From Lama guanicoe (taxonomy: Eukaryota), in contig MU053881.1 in NCBI GenBank assembly GCA_013239625.1, positions 3,536,001 through 3,600,000 of the forward strand: a DNA stretch of 64,000 bases. Direction: 5' to 3'. Below the pieces are notes generated by a model, which was given only the letters and a program-made list of their open reading frames with translations, was not told the origin of the DNA and ran no database searches. Shown piece by piece: positions 23,491 to 36,770 of the stretch. Both the position numbers and the translations under genes were made by a program. Position 1 is the first letter of the stretch; every line of letters begins with the position of its first letter.

Positions 23491-24387
23491 CTTCAGATAT
23501 TTCAATAGTTTCCTGTTATGCCAAGAATTAAATTCAAATGTCCTTCCATGGTCTCCTCTGTGATCTGGATTCTACCCACCTGTCTGACCTCATTTCCTCC
23601 ACTCTCTTCCTTACTCTCCCCTCCTTACTCACTGCTTTCCAGCCACGCTGTCTTCATCCAGCTCCTCGAATAAGCCAGAATTGCCAAAGAGACACCATCA
23701 CCCTCACCGTAATCCTGCTGGCTCCAAACCAGCTGAGTGCCACTGGCTGCCTGCCTGGGATGTGCATTAACCTTCTGGAATCATTAAATCAAACTGATAC
23801 TTGAATCCTAATCTCTAGTGAAGCATTTTATTTATTTTAATCCCCTAAGCACTTCAGCTCGACTTTTCCTCCGGGCCTGCCATTCTGGGAGAGCTCAGAG
23901 AGCCCACCCTGATCCTTTTTGATTGAAATCCCCCAAAGGCCAAGGGGTGGGGGTGTTTCTAATGATCTGCTCATCCGTGTGACAAGTCATTTTTTTAACC
24001 CCATAGTGATTGCCCCTAGCATTAATAGTAGGAAGAAACATTAAATTCTCAGGTTTTACTTAGATCACAGACTTAATAAACTTTCCCTGAACACCTATGT
24101 CACCTCCAACAGTCATTTCACGTGTTATCCAATTTAATCCTCAAAATGACCCGGCGCGATGGGGATGTCTTCTCTTCTGGAGGGAAAGCAGAGTATCTAC
24201 AAGATGTAGTGTGTTGGGCGAGAAATTTCCATACGACAGTCTGCCTATGTTTTTCATCTTGAAATGTTTATCTCAGCATTTCCCAAATGTGCCTTCTGGT
24301 TTCCAATAGTGAAACTAGATTCTTTGGATCAACCATCCCACAGAAAACAATGGAAATTACCCCAAAATGTCTAAAAAGCACTCCACA

Positions 24388-26679
24388 TTTTTAAAAACAT
24401 TTTTTATTGAGTTATAGTCATTTTACAATGTTGTGCCAAATTCCAGTGTAGAGCACAATTTTCCAGTTATACACGAACATACATACATTCATTGCCACAT
24501 TCTCTTCCGCTGTGAGCTACCACAAGACCCTGTATATATTTCCCTGTGCCTCACAGTACAATCTTGTTTATCTATTCTACATTTTGAAATCCCAGTCTGT
24601 CCCTTCCCACCCCCCGTCCCCCTGGCAGCCACAAGCTTGTATTCTATGTCTATGAGTCTGTTTCTGTTTTGTATTTTTTTTTTTTGATTCCGCATATGAG
24701 CGATCTCCTATGGTATTTTTCTTTCTTTTTATGGCTTACTTCACTTAGAATGACATTCTCCAGGAACATCCATGTTGCTGCAAATGGTGTTATGTTGTTG
24801 GTTTTTATGGCTGAATAATATTCCATTGTATAAATATACCATTTCTTCTTTATCCAGTCCTCTGCTGATGGACATTTAGGCTGTCTCCATGTCGTGGCTA
24901 TTGTAAATAGTGCTGCTATGAACATTGGGGTGCAGATGTCATCCTGAAGTAAGGTTCCTTCTGGATATATGCCCAGGAGCGGGATTCCTGGGTCATATGG
25001 TAAGTCTATTCCTAGTCTTTTGAGGAATCTCCACACTGTTTTCCACAGTGGCTGCACCAAACTGCAGTGTAAGAGGGTTCCTTTTTATCCACAGCCTCTC
25101 CAGCATTTGTCATCTGTGGACTTTTGAATGATGGCCATTCTGACTGGTGTGAGGTGATACCTCATTGTAGTTTTGATTTGCATTTCTCTGATAATTAGTG
25201 ATGTTGAGCATTTTTTCATGTGCCTATTGATCATTTGTATGTCTTCCTGGAAGAATTGCTTTTTTAGGTCTTCTGCCCATTTTTGGATTGGGATGTTTGG
25301 TTTTTTCTTATTAAGTCATATGCTTATATATTCTGGAGATCAAGTCTTTGTTGGTTTCATTTGCAAAAATTTTCTCCCATTCCATAGGTTGTTGTTTTGT
25401 TTTACTTATGGTTTCCTTTGCTATGTGGAAGCTTGTAAGTTTCATTAGGTCCCATTTGTTTATTCTTGCTTTTATTTCTATTGCTTGGGATTGGGTAGAC
25501 TAGGAGAGCATTTCTGAGATGTATGTGAGATAATGTTTTGCCTATATTTTCTTCTAGGAGGTTTATTGTATCTTGTCTTATGTTTAAGTCTTTGATCCAT
25601 TTTGAGTTTATTTTTGTGAGTGGTGTAAGAGAGTGTTCTAGCTTCATTGATTTCCATGCTGCTGTCCAGTTTTCCCATCCAGTTTTCCCAACACCATTTG
25701 CTGAAGAGGCTGTCTTTATTCCATTGCATGTTCTTGCCTCCTTTGTCGAAGATTAGTTGACCAAGAGTTTGTGGGTTCATTTCTGGGCTCTCTATTCTGT
25801 TCCATTGGTCCATATGTGTGTTTTTGTATCAATACCATGCTGTAGTATTGTCTGAAGTCTGGGAGAGTTATTCCTCCAGCCTCTTTCTTTTTCTTCAGTA
25901 ATGCTTTGGCAATTCTAGGTCTTTGATGGCTCCATATAAATTTTATTATGATTTGTTCTAGTTCTGTATGTCCTGGGTAATTTAATAAGGATTGTATTAA
26001 ATCTGTAGATTGCCTTGGGCAGTGTGACCATTTTAACAATATTGATTCTTCCAATCCATGAGCATGGGATATCTTTCCATTTTTTTAAAGTCTTCTTTAA
26101 TTTCCTTCATCAGTGTTTTATAGTTTTCCTTGTATGAGTCTTTCACCTTCTTGGTTAGATTGACTCCTAGGTTTTTTATTACTTTGGGTGCTATTTGAAA
26201 GGGGATTGTTCCTTTACTTTCTTTTCCTGTTGATTCATCATTAGTGTAAAGAAATTGCAACTGATTTTTGAATGTTAATCTTGTAAACTGCTACCTTGCT
26301 GAATTATTTGATTATTCTAGTAGTTTTTATTCTAGTAGTTTTTGTGTGGACCTTTTAGGGTTTTCTATATATAGTATCATGTCATCTGCATATAGCGACA
26401 CTTTTACCTCTTCTTTTCCAATTTGGATCCCTTTTATTTCTCTCTCTTGCCTGATTATTGTGGCTAGCACTTCCAAGACTATGTTGAATAGGAGTGGTGA
26501 TAGTGGTCAGATTTGTCTTGTCCCAGATTTTAGTGGGAAGCTTTTGAGTTTTTCACAGTTGAGTACTATGCTAGCTATAGGTTTGTCATATATAGCTTCT
26601 ATTATGTTGAGATATGTTCCCTCTATGCCCATTTTGGTGAGAGTTTTTATCATAAATGGGTGTTGAATTTTATCAAAAG
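24388..26679 (-). mobile_element. 5'-truncated, relatively young L1 (3' ~2.3 kb: ORF2 RT/C-terminal region plus 3' UTR), frameshifted
   Basis: Track ORFs [14 protein letters not shown]..., [11 protein letters not shown]... and ...[11 protein letters not shown]... are classic L1 ORF2 pieces. TSD taaaaagcactcca at 24372-24385 and 26682-26695. Confidence 0.97.
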
Positions 26680-26784
26680 TTTAAAAAGCACTCCATTTTG
26701 AAGTATTGATGGGCTCAAGGCAATAAGGTGGTCTTTTCTTACAGCTAGGTAGGGGAATTTAAAAGCACCAAAAAATAATAATAA

Positions 26785-26960
26785 GGGAGAGGGAGGGTAT
26801 AGCTCAGTGGTAGACTGTGTGCCTAGTATCCATGAGGTCCCAGGTTCAATCCCCAGTACCACCATTAAATCAATCAATCAACCAATCCGCTCTCCTTCCC
26901 CACAAAGTGTTTTAAAAACAAATGCAAAAAATTTAAATAATAATAATAAAATTAAAAAAA
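26785..26960 (+). mobile_element. tRNA-derived SINE (camelid Vic-1 type)
   Basis: gggagggtatagctcagtggtaga (A box)...ggttcaatccccag (B box), A-rich tail, TSD taaaagcaccaaa at 26760-26772 and 26961-26973. Confidence 0.9.
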
Positions 26961-27379
26961 TAAAAGCACCAAAGTCACTTATTTCTTGAGTGCATTTGTC
27001 ATTTCCATTTGGGATCCAATAAGGGGTGCCAAAGGACAAGGGAATCAGAAATTGAGGACCAAACTGGGACTACTTAGAGGACATCCCCCCAGCATTAAGA
27101 GAAACCAGATCTAAACCCACATGCCACCACCAAAGTAAAATTCAGAAAATGTGATTTTGGCACTGAACAAAGCAGGAGGGAAGGCAATGAAAGGGGGAAA
27201 TGATCCTGAGAACTTGTGTCTGTAGACCAGCCCTCTTAATGGATGTGCATCCTGGGAAGCCATAAGCTGGGTGGACTCAGGAACCGCAAGCTGTGAACTT
27301 GGCATGAGATCATCCTGACTGGTAGAGCCCCAGGCACCTGGAAGAAGCATAAATAGAGGACCTCTTGAGAGGGAAAATT

Positions 27380-28070
27380 CTCATAGGTCTCTAGGAACTC
27401 TCCCCCAAATAATTGTTCAAGAGCAATGAACAGCATGCTGTTGAAGATAACCAGACAGATGAGGAAACAAGGTCTATGAACAAGAAGCAAGACACGGTGG
27501 AAAATGAACCTGTGCAGACTTTACATTTTAAAACAACTATGCTTATCAAGTTTAAAGAGATAAATGATAAACTTAAAAATAACTGCAGGGAGGAGGAAGC
27601 ACTCAAAAGCAATGGTGCAGATGTGAAAGCAAACACAAATGTAACTTCTACGCATTAAAAAATACAGTAATGAGGTGTTAATACTCACGGGGCATGTTGG
27701 CAACAGGCTGGACACAGCAGAAGAGAGAATTCAATAATAAATTATGTGGGATGTAGCATGGAAAAGAAAAAATGAATAATACATAAGAGAGGGTAGTAAA
27801 TAAGGAGACTACGTCTAGAAGTTCATGCCTTTGCTCAGAGGACCAGAAGAAGAGGAGAGACACAAGTTCAGAGGAAACACAGGGAAGAAGAAGTGGTGAG
27901 AAATTTGCAGAACAGATAGAAATCACCCATGCACAGAACTGAGAGGCCTAGAAAACTCCAAGCAAAATATATTAAAAAAAAAAATCTACTTCTTGACATT
28001 GTCATGAACCTTTCCAAAAGCAGAGTCAAAGAGAAAGATCTTATAGGCAGCAGAGAAAAAAGACAAACAC
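27380..28070 (+). mobile_element. Ancient L1 ORF1 remnant
   Basis: A-rich, and aaagagaaagatcttataggcagcagagaaaaaagacaa matches the ORF1p KEKILKAAREKRQ motif. Confidence 0.7.
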
Positions 28071-29329
28071 TGCTGTCTCCCCAGGGCTAGCCCAGGGCTT
28101 TGCACCTGGTAACCTAGTAAACCAGCACAGAAAAGCATGCTGGTAAAATCTCTCAGCTAGAGTGGGTTTAGGAGGTTCCCCTCCCCCAGCAAGTACCAAA
28201 CGCCTCATCAGGAAATGGAAACGAGCCACTTTCAGGAGATGTTCCCTCCCTCCGTTTAGGTCCAGAAACACACATGGTGCAGGAAATCCACTTCATCCTG
28301 TCTCAGGTGTTAATTACAAGCTTCCAGCAACCAAAATCTCCGAAACACAGAGGAGAAGAAATTACTCTATTCTTAGCAATATTTTGACAGCTCTGTAAAT
28401 AGACAATCATTTTCTTACCAGCCACCAGCTGATCACCACTTGCTACCAAACAGACTGGCCTTCAGTTCTGCAAAGACTTGGGAGAGCGGGGGGGGGGGAA
28501 TTGTTCTTTTTGGGTGCAAATCCCCTAGAATAGGGTCACCAACTTTATAATGGGCTCAGCCGTGCCTTCTGCTCTTCGCTCTGTGGCAATCATACCTCCT
28601 TTTCCATTTTCACCTGCAAAATCGTTTGAGGGGCACAGAAGGGCAAAACAGCTTAAGGACCAGCTGGGCCCCCATGGCCTTTCAGGTGCTCGCTGTCAAG
28701 CAAAATAACTGGGCTGGAAATGCAACCCTTGGAGACGTCAGGACCAGATGGAACACAGACAACTTGGCCAGTTATTCTGTCTCTAATTATTAGTTACGGG
28801 TTTGTGCTGTACGTGTGTGCTGCTAATCACAGGCTCGCAGATCACAGGGAGCCTTCGCACACTCGTAAATGAAGATACTCATAACTGAATCACCGCCTCC
28901 TGGGTTCAGGGAGCCCCAGCTGCCAATGCTCATTGATTCCCGGCCAACATGGCACCCCCAGCAGAGGAGCGTTTGTGGTGGGGTGGGCCAGGCCTGGATT
29001 TGCACCCCTTCCCAAGTGACAACAAGCCACCTCCACTCTGTGGAATTCACAGTGACTCTCCAACGTTTAGATATAGTCATTTTATCAGTGAGAATGAGAA
29101 GGGAGATAAATGAAAAAGGGGAGGGAGGGGGTGAGCAGGGGCAAGACAGAAGGAGGAATGGGTGGGAAGAAACTGAGGTGGAAGTAGTTTACCCAAATAC
29201 AATTTCCAAAGAACAAAAAAGCAGTATCCATGATGCTTTAATAACCAACCCTAGATTTTAATATTTGCCAGCAGCCCTTCTGAGACAAGATGATTTTTCT
29301 GACCTGTGCAAGTAAAATACCCAGGATGG

Positions 29330-29560
29330 CAGTCAAGAGTTCTGGCTTTGATGGGTGGGCAGCTGGAGTTTGAATCTTGTCCTTACTGTGTATGAGCTGG
29401 AACAAGCGAATTCACTTCTCTGCCCCTTGGAGATGGTCATGGTATTTAATCCAAGGTAGTGTTTGAGGAGCAAATAAAATTAACGCACTTTCCGGGCTTA
29501 GCGCATTTGTATTAAGTGCCTGGCACTTTGTAAACACAAGATAAATAGTTGCTCTAAATA
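29330..29560 (+). mobile_element. MIR SINE
   Basis: gtcaagagttctggcttt...gtttgaatctt...cttactg, with an end of cctggcac...ataaatagtt. Confidence 0.6.
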
Positions 29561-30015
29561 GTGTCTGTCAAAGGGACCCTTTACCAACTAAGTCTCTGTG
29601 GATTGCAGAGCTGACATGTAGATCTCCAAAGGCAGGGCCGTTTGGGGCATTGGAGCCCCCTGAAAATGCATGGTTGGGGAGGAGGGTACAGTGGAAAGGG
29701 TTTCTCCATGGAGGCACCTCTGCCTCCGGGTGGTAAGAGAACCCCTGAGCTCTCACATCAACCCGTGGTGCACACACAGATAAATGGTCCAGAGGAAAAC
29801 AAGCACCTGGACTTTGGGGAATTGCTGAAAAGTTCATTTGCAGCTCATCTGAGTCAAGATTCACTCGGTAACTGACAGTTCTGTCTCTCACAAACCCACT
29901 CGCTCAGAAGTCAAGGAAGTGTGCTTTTCAAGGAGGCTGAAACTCAAGCCCGCAGCCACAATCCCTCTCTCTGATGGGCGTCAAGGCTGATGCCCGTGGT
30001 ACGCTGGGGAGATGC

Positions 30016-30447
30016 TGTTACAGAAATGACAGGCCAGCCAAGAAACAAGCACCACTCGGAGGGTTGGAGTACTCAGATTTATTACGCCGGCGGGCTCAGA
30101 GGGGCTTCTGCTCCGAAGCTCTGAGCACCTCCAAGACGTGCGCATGAGGTTTTATAGGGTTAACTACAAGCTTGGGGTATTTGGCCAATAGGCATGGAAC
30201 AGCTTTAGCAACATCATTATCACAAAAGTAGAGGCAGGAGGCAGGAAACCAACATTTCAAGGCCAGATATGTCTCTTTGAAAATCCAGCTGGCTAGCGAA
30301 AAAAAGCATGAACAGGGAATCAGCAAACCAACAATAATTAACTCAGATTTACAAGTTAGCCCAGCAGAACTCAAATCAGTAATTCGACATTTGTTACACT
30401 TAGATTTGTGAGTTAGCTTGTTAGCCCAGTGGGGCTTTTCCTTCACA
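30016..30447 (-). mobile_element. Young ERV solo LTR (432 bp, ERV1-type)
   Basis: TG...CA termini, exact 4-bp TSD atgc (30012-30015 and 30448-30451), TATAAAA on - at 30150-30156, AATAAA on - at 30078-30083, CpGs retained. Confidence 0.85.
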
Positions 30448-31304
30448 ATGCTTCTCCTCTCTCTCTCTCATTCCTCTTATGTAAACTGTAGATTCAGAGC
30501 TGCTAATTAGTGTGTAACATGATCTCCTCCACGGGCTTTCTCTTGTCATTTGGGGATAGAAAATCGAATGCTTTAGGTTTTAAACCTTAATATAGTTTAA
30601 AGATGGCATCTTCCTTTTAAAGAACCCTTCCACATCTCCCCCTGCTGTAGGCTGCCCTGGATGCTGGTAGGCAAGATGTTCGGAACCAGCTCTATGCTGC
30701 CCATGGCCTTTGGCCTGGGAAAACATGGCAGGGCAGAGGGCATGTGGAAGGGAACCTCCCAGGGTTTGTTCTCAGGGTTTCCAGGAGATCACAAATCTCA
30801 CCTTCCTTTAGTCTAAGGGTCAAATGTGCTCCCGGACCTCTAAGCAACTTGCTCAATGTGAGAAGCAAGCATTAGGGTCCAATTCTTTTTCCTTGTACTC
30901 CTTCCCCAAACATGACTGCCTTCCTTTGTTCCTGCTGCTTCTACGCCCTGTCTCAACTTCTCTGCTAGGAAACATGGGTTTATCCACAGGGGCCAGCTCA
31001 GAGGCTGTCTGTTGCTTCTCCTGTTCCCCCCGGAAGGATAACCTTCTCTTCTCTCTGCTCTCATTACACTTGATCTATCCATCCCCTTTCAGGGTTCTTA
31101 TCGGGGCAAGAATGCCGTCCCCACCCCACCTACCCCATTACAGGGCCATCTGTGGTTTTTATAATGCCTGGTATTTTGTAAATGGGGATCTGAATGCCTT
31201 CCATCACCCCGGAGAGTTGCTTTGGATGACTTGCCTCATCCGAAATGCCTTAGCAACCCCTTGAGTTATACAACACTGCGTTACCAGTTTATGCTGATCC
31301 CTCT

Positions 31305-31490
31305 AGTTCAGCACCATCCGTAAAATAGAAATAGAATATGAACAGGTGTATAATTTTAAATCTCCTGTTAGTCACAGTATTAAAAGTGAAAAAGAAAAAA
31401 AAAGGTGAAATTAATTTGAATAATGTATTACTTAATCCATTATATATCTAAAATATTATGATCTCAACATGTGGCACTAGCCACACATGG
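31305..31490. mobile_element. MER3/MER33-like hAT MITE
   Basis: taattttaaat...tagtcacagtattaaaagtgaaaaag...ggtgaaattaattt...atgtggcactagccaca. Confidence 0.7.
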
Positions 31491-32298
31491 GATGGCAGGC
31501 ACAGGTCTGTTTTAGTCATTGCGAATTTCACTTCTTTCTTTGTCTCTGTCTTTTTCTTTTCACACACACGTACACACACGGATGCACATACAGCATCTAC
31601 AAAGACTTCCCTCTCCCTTTAGATCAAAGTAAAATTGCCTTCGGTCCCCGCACGCCACCACCCCATCCCCCAGTCTGTGGAAGTCCAAGATCTCTGGAAT
31701 CCTTGGGTCTTCTGTCATCGTAGGCTGCTGTGCCCAAGGGCTCCCGCTCTCTCACATGCAGCTGCTACCCAGGCCCCGTGACTCAGACATAAAACTCATC
31801 ACCATCCTTAAATGTTACCCCAAAGCTGTCCTCACCTTCTGGAGCACAGTAGACCTCATATCTGAGAGTCTGAGAAAGATCACGTCACTGCCTTTGCTGA
31901 CCTGATCAAATGCATTCTCGGTGTCATTGTTCTCAAAATGACGTCTAGCCACCCCTGACCCACTCCAATCTGTAGATTTTGCTGCCGCCTCACCTGGCCT
32001 GGTCTCAGCTACTTCCCAAATTGCTGGCTTCCCCCTTTCTCTGTCCTCGTGTCTCCAGTTATACTGGAGTTATACATATTGGGATTCCTTCCAATCCCTT
32101 TCTCTGCAAAGCAACAGATCAAAACTTCTCTTTGACTCAAATCTTGGCAGCAGCTGCCACCCAGAACTTTGACATTTGCCAGGGTGTTTTCTAATGGCTG
32201 GACCCTCCCTAACGTGATCTCTGGTGCCAATTGATAAGATTCTACACAGATATCTTGGTTTTACTTTATTATTTTTATTTTTAAATCTTTATCATTCC

Positions 32299-32520
32299 CA
32301 TCATCATCACCACCACTACCACTACCATCATCACCACCACCACCATCATCACCATCATCATCATCATCACCATCATTGTCACCATCATCATCACCACCAC
32401 CATCATCACCATCACAATCATCACCACCACCACCATCATCACCATCATCACCATCACCATCATTGTCACCATCATCATCACAACCACCATCATCACCATC
32501 ACAGTCATCATCATTATTAT
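32299..32520. repeat. Imperfect (CAY)n trinucleotide repeat
   Basis: About 74 CAC/CAT units with rare interruptions. Confidence 0.95.
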
Positions 32521-32559
32521 AAAACACCATAATGGGAGGCAGCATTTCTTGGTGGGTGG

Positions 32560-32785
32560 GACATAGGCACTGGAACTAGACAGGAACAGATTAGAAGCCC
32601 AGCTCCACATTTACCAGCTGTGTAACCTGGGGTGAGATTGTTAATCTCTCTAAGACTCAGGTCAGTCTAATGGTGGTAATAATCATTACTACCTCACTGA
32701 ATTGATTTAGAAATTAAATGATATATATAAACCCTCAGCACAGCTCCTGATAGAGTCCAGTGGTCAATGAATGGTGACTGGTATT
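32560..32785 (+). mobile_element. MIR SINE
   Basis: cccagctccacatttaccagctgtgtaacctggg...ttaatctctctaagactcag. Confidence 0.75.
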
Positions 32786-35700
32786 ACAATCACACACAGG
32801 CACCTGTCCAGCTCCAGGGCCCAAGTCCAGGTATATAACATGTATGTGTGTACACACAGTGAGTCACATGGATCAGGGCCTTCCTTGGGTTTCCACTGAA
32901 ATTTTTAGCATCTGCTTGGTTGATACCAAAAAAAGGCATTGATTTCTTTTGACCCCTCAATGACTTTGTAAACTCTTTAGGGAAGTGAGTCATCTCAGTC
33001 ATCTCAATGTAAACATCGGCAGATATTGATTGAATCAGATTGTTAATTCTGAAAGTTTGGGACTGTGACCCTATCAGATCCCTGAGTAGTTAGTTCTCTC
33101 TGTAGCATAGGGAAAATGGGGGTGGTGGGAAGGAAGATGGGGTCCTCTGATGCAGTAGCCACCACCCCCAAAGCATTGCTGCTATAGGAAAGGGGCAATG
33201 CAGTACCTGTCTGGGGATTCCATCAATGTTTTCTGGAAAAATTACCATGGTTAGACTGCACCCCAGTTGGTAGGTGCATGATAACTGGTCTTTGAATGAA
33301 TGAGTGAGTGAATAATCACCCATTTTGTCACTTGGTGCTTTTTATATGAAGGCCCTCCTGAAAAATTCTTCTCAGAGCTCAGGATGAGGAAAAGCGTGTT
33401 TCTGCTGCAGTAACTGAAACTTCCTTCTCACTGACATCCTGCCCCTTTAAGAAACAGCTCATCACCACCAGCAGGGCCCCGAGGACACACATGCAGTAAA
33501 GTAAACCCAGCCCTCACAGTCACCCTTATTCTCATGTATCTGCTAATGGCCCATGGACTTTATAGCTGCCCGCCAACCAGAGCTGTAGTGGGGTCCAGTC
33601 TTATAGTGAGCATCCCACACAGCGTTTTCAGCTCTCTGCCCTCTGCTTGGCTTGCTGACTGGTTTATCACTCATTCTGCCTCTCTGGAACATGTTTCCTT
33701 AGCCCAATTCCTCTTTTTTAAATTCTCTTACTTGTCTCTCTGCTCACAATACCTATGATGCACTCCCATGAAAAAACCCATGAAGTCACAGGCTGGTGTC
33801 CTAGGCTCCATTCCTTCCCTTCATTACATCAGTGTATCCAACTGGAGCCCTTCCTACCACTAGGCAATGAGAACCACATAGCCCACTATGTTTCCCTTTT
33901 CTTCTTGGCTGCCAGGGAACTCAGAGCTATGTTTTATGCCCCAAAGCTTTATTCAGTATAGGTTTTTAGATGCAATCCTTTCCCATCCCCTTCATTTCTT
34001 GGATCCTTCCATGTTTAACCTAGAATTTTTGCTTTTGTATGTCTGCTCTATTTATCTTAAGCTGGCAGAATCTAAAGAAAAAGAAAGTTAAAAAGAATCT
34101 TCCAGTATCTTTGAACCCCTTTAAAATTCTACTCCCATCCCATACAACTTCTCCAGGAAAAGGGGCAAAGAATTCCCAACCTAGGCTTCATAGTTACCAA
34201 TGTGGCCTCCGAACTGCCTCATCACCACCCCCACCCCTGAGCTCCAGTGCCCAAATCCTTTGTAGCCTAATAGGCCAGTTCCAAACCTTTCCCAACCCGC
34301 AAGCACCCACTGACCACTGAGCCTGGCTCTTGGCCTTGGTAATCAGTCCCTTCTCCCTTCCGTAGCTCACTTCCTCCTGGTGACTTCCTGGCTCACAAAC
34401 TTTCAGGAGGAGCATCACCCTTGGGGGCAGCTCCTGTCTGGGTACCACGTGAACTCATGTATGAGGCCCTGGCAAACATAAAGACAGGGCTTGCTCCTCT
34501 TCTGTGGCCCTATGGCAACTCTTGTGGTTTTTCCAATTTTGGCTAGTTGTAATTCCAGCTGAATGACAATCAGAGGAAGAAGAAGAGATAAGATTTCTTG
34601 TTCCCTCTCTATTTGTACGGCCTTATGCTTTGCATCTTGAACTCGTTCTCTTATTTAATTTATCATTGAGGAAGAAACCGCTTTCTTCTCCACTTTCCAG
34701 ATAAGGAAACTCAGGTGCACACATTTTTATTTTGCCCTCAGGACATACATTCCAGGGCAGTAGGACCCAGGTGGATCCTTTGTGTCCTTCGCAGCATCTG
34801 TCATGGGACCGGGCACAGATGTTCAATATGTCATTTATGATGTATTGATGTATTGATCACCAGAATGAAACATGCATCGCCCAGAGCAAAATCATTAACC
34901 CCTCCTCAGTGGGGTGAATTAGGACATGGAGCTCTGAACCCCAGATGAGGCTGACTCTGCCAAGGGCTACCCCAGCCTGCAGGACTGATGTCCTTACATG
35001 GCACTGTTCAGGGAGGTACGTAGATGGAGGTTAACTGGGGCACAGCGTGTCTTTGAGGGGCTCGGGGTAGGGGCAGAGGCTTGCTGGGGCCCAGCCTCTC
35101 TCTAGCGTAGTTCTTAGCGCTCTCTACCCTAGTTTTCTTTTCTCTCTCTGTTCCCCCTGGAAGACCTTGGATGCCTCAGTGCACTGTCACAGAGTGGAAG
35201 TCAAGGAGAGGAAAGAAGGAAGGAAGAAAGGGAGGGTGAGAGGGAGAGAGGGGACCCATAGATGGTCGTGTGAGTTGCAAGACAGCTTACAAATCAAGCT
35301 CTAACCTTTTGGTTTAAAAAAGTATAATTGTTGCTTAATGGAAATGAGTAACAAGAATCCTGGGGCAAAGGAGCCAACAAGACCTTCAGGAAAAGAGAAT
35401 TAAGAGGGCTAAAACCAGGCTGGGAGAGGGAAGGCAGGCTGCAAAGGCCAACCCTGGGACCCAGGAATTTCTCCACAGGACTGCCTGCAAAGCCACAGTT
35501 AGTCCGCAGCTCCGGGATGCGCTCTGTGCTGAGGGATGTGCCTGTTTCTTACATTGCTTCTCTCTACTTTTCCTGTATCGGGGGCTGAGTAACCTCAGCA
35601 AAAAGCACTGCTGGCAGTTGAAAATTTAAAACAAAGGGTCTACACAAAAGAATCGTATTCCCCCTCCCTTTCATTTATTTGAAACAATTTTACCCTCCAC

Positions 35701-36770
35701 AGTCCCGTTTTGGTTCCTGCATAAATTACTCTGCAAGACCAGCCTGCCGTGAGCATGCTTGCCTGACTGCCTCTGCACCCGCTTCAAATCTGCCAGTTAA
35801 GCTTTAAGCATCTTGAAAACGTATTGTCTGGAATGAAACAACCAATTATGCTTTCAGGTTTTGTGGCATAATATCGCCGAAACCAGCAATTACAGAATCA
35901 GAGTGGCATCAAATCAGGGTAGAAGGGAGTTAGCACGGATTATTCTTTAAATAGCAGTTACATGAACTCATAATAAATAGGTATTAAGTGTTAAATGTAT
36001 GATAAGTAATTCTTGACAATGCAATTATGCAAACAGAAGAGGGAAAAGTGGCAAGATGGCATTGTCAAACTCTTTTGTGCACTGCCTGCTCAGTTAGACT
36101 GAGATGTGGAGTGAATTTGTCTTTGTTCCAGCCAGCGGTGGAGGCAAGGGTACAGATGTGGGCACCAAAGGGCATTCAGCTGGTTCCTAAGAGATACGGC
36201 AAGTTTTCAAAAAGAGCAAAGCCTTATACAATGGGGCAGGGTATGACTGGCCAGAAAATTCCATGGCAACAAGCTCTGCCAAATACATAGCGAGGTAATC
36301 CAGCATATATTTAAGAAGTTCCTATCATGAAATAACATGCAGATAAGTAGATAGCCTGGTGCTTGGCAAACAGCAGGTGTGTGGGAAATGTTTGTTGAAA
36401 GTATGTGGCACTTAGAAGTAGGGCTGGCATGTAAGGCGGTATAAGGTGTGCACTGCACAATTCCAGGAAGGAATATTCATTATATAAATGGTGTGAACAG
36501 CTCCTCTGGGAGTTGGGACATGCTGTGGTCTTGCTTAGAAGGCACAGTAGAATTTATATCTGTGAGCTTGATACTTTAGATTGATTCTCACCAAGGGAAA
36601 TCAAATTTCAACTCAGTCAATGGCTTTTAGCAGTGTAATTTAATGACTAAAATGGAGGGCCTATGACCAGACTACTTGAAGTCAAATCTAAGTTTCCCTT
36701 ACAAAGTGTGTATCTTTGGGAAAATTACTTAAAATTTCTAAGCCTCTGTTTTTCTAGTTAGAAAATATGG

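Noticed and set aside
24650..26260. ORFs resembling reverse transcriptase-associated protein
   Set aside because: They are fragmented L1 ORF2 from a 5'-truncated copy, not a host gene or a novel RT system.
26791..26862. tRNA-like sequences (also at 38297 and 48642)
   Set aside because: A-rich tails, TSDs and mutated stems show they are SINE heads, not tRNA genes.
32224..32610. Poly-His ORF (+) and the Asp/Gly and Met/Val ORFs (-)
   Set aside because: They are translations of a stop-poor (CAY)n simple repeat that abuts a MIR, with no splice or promoter context.
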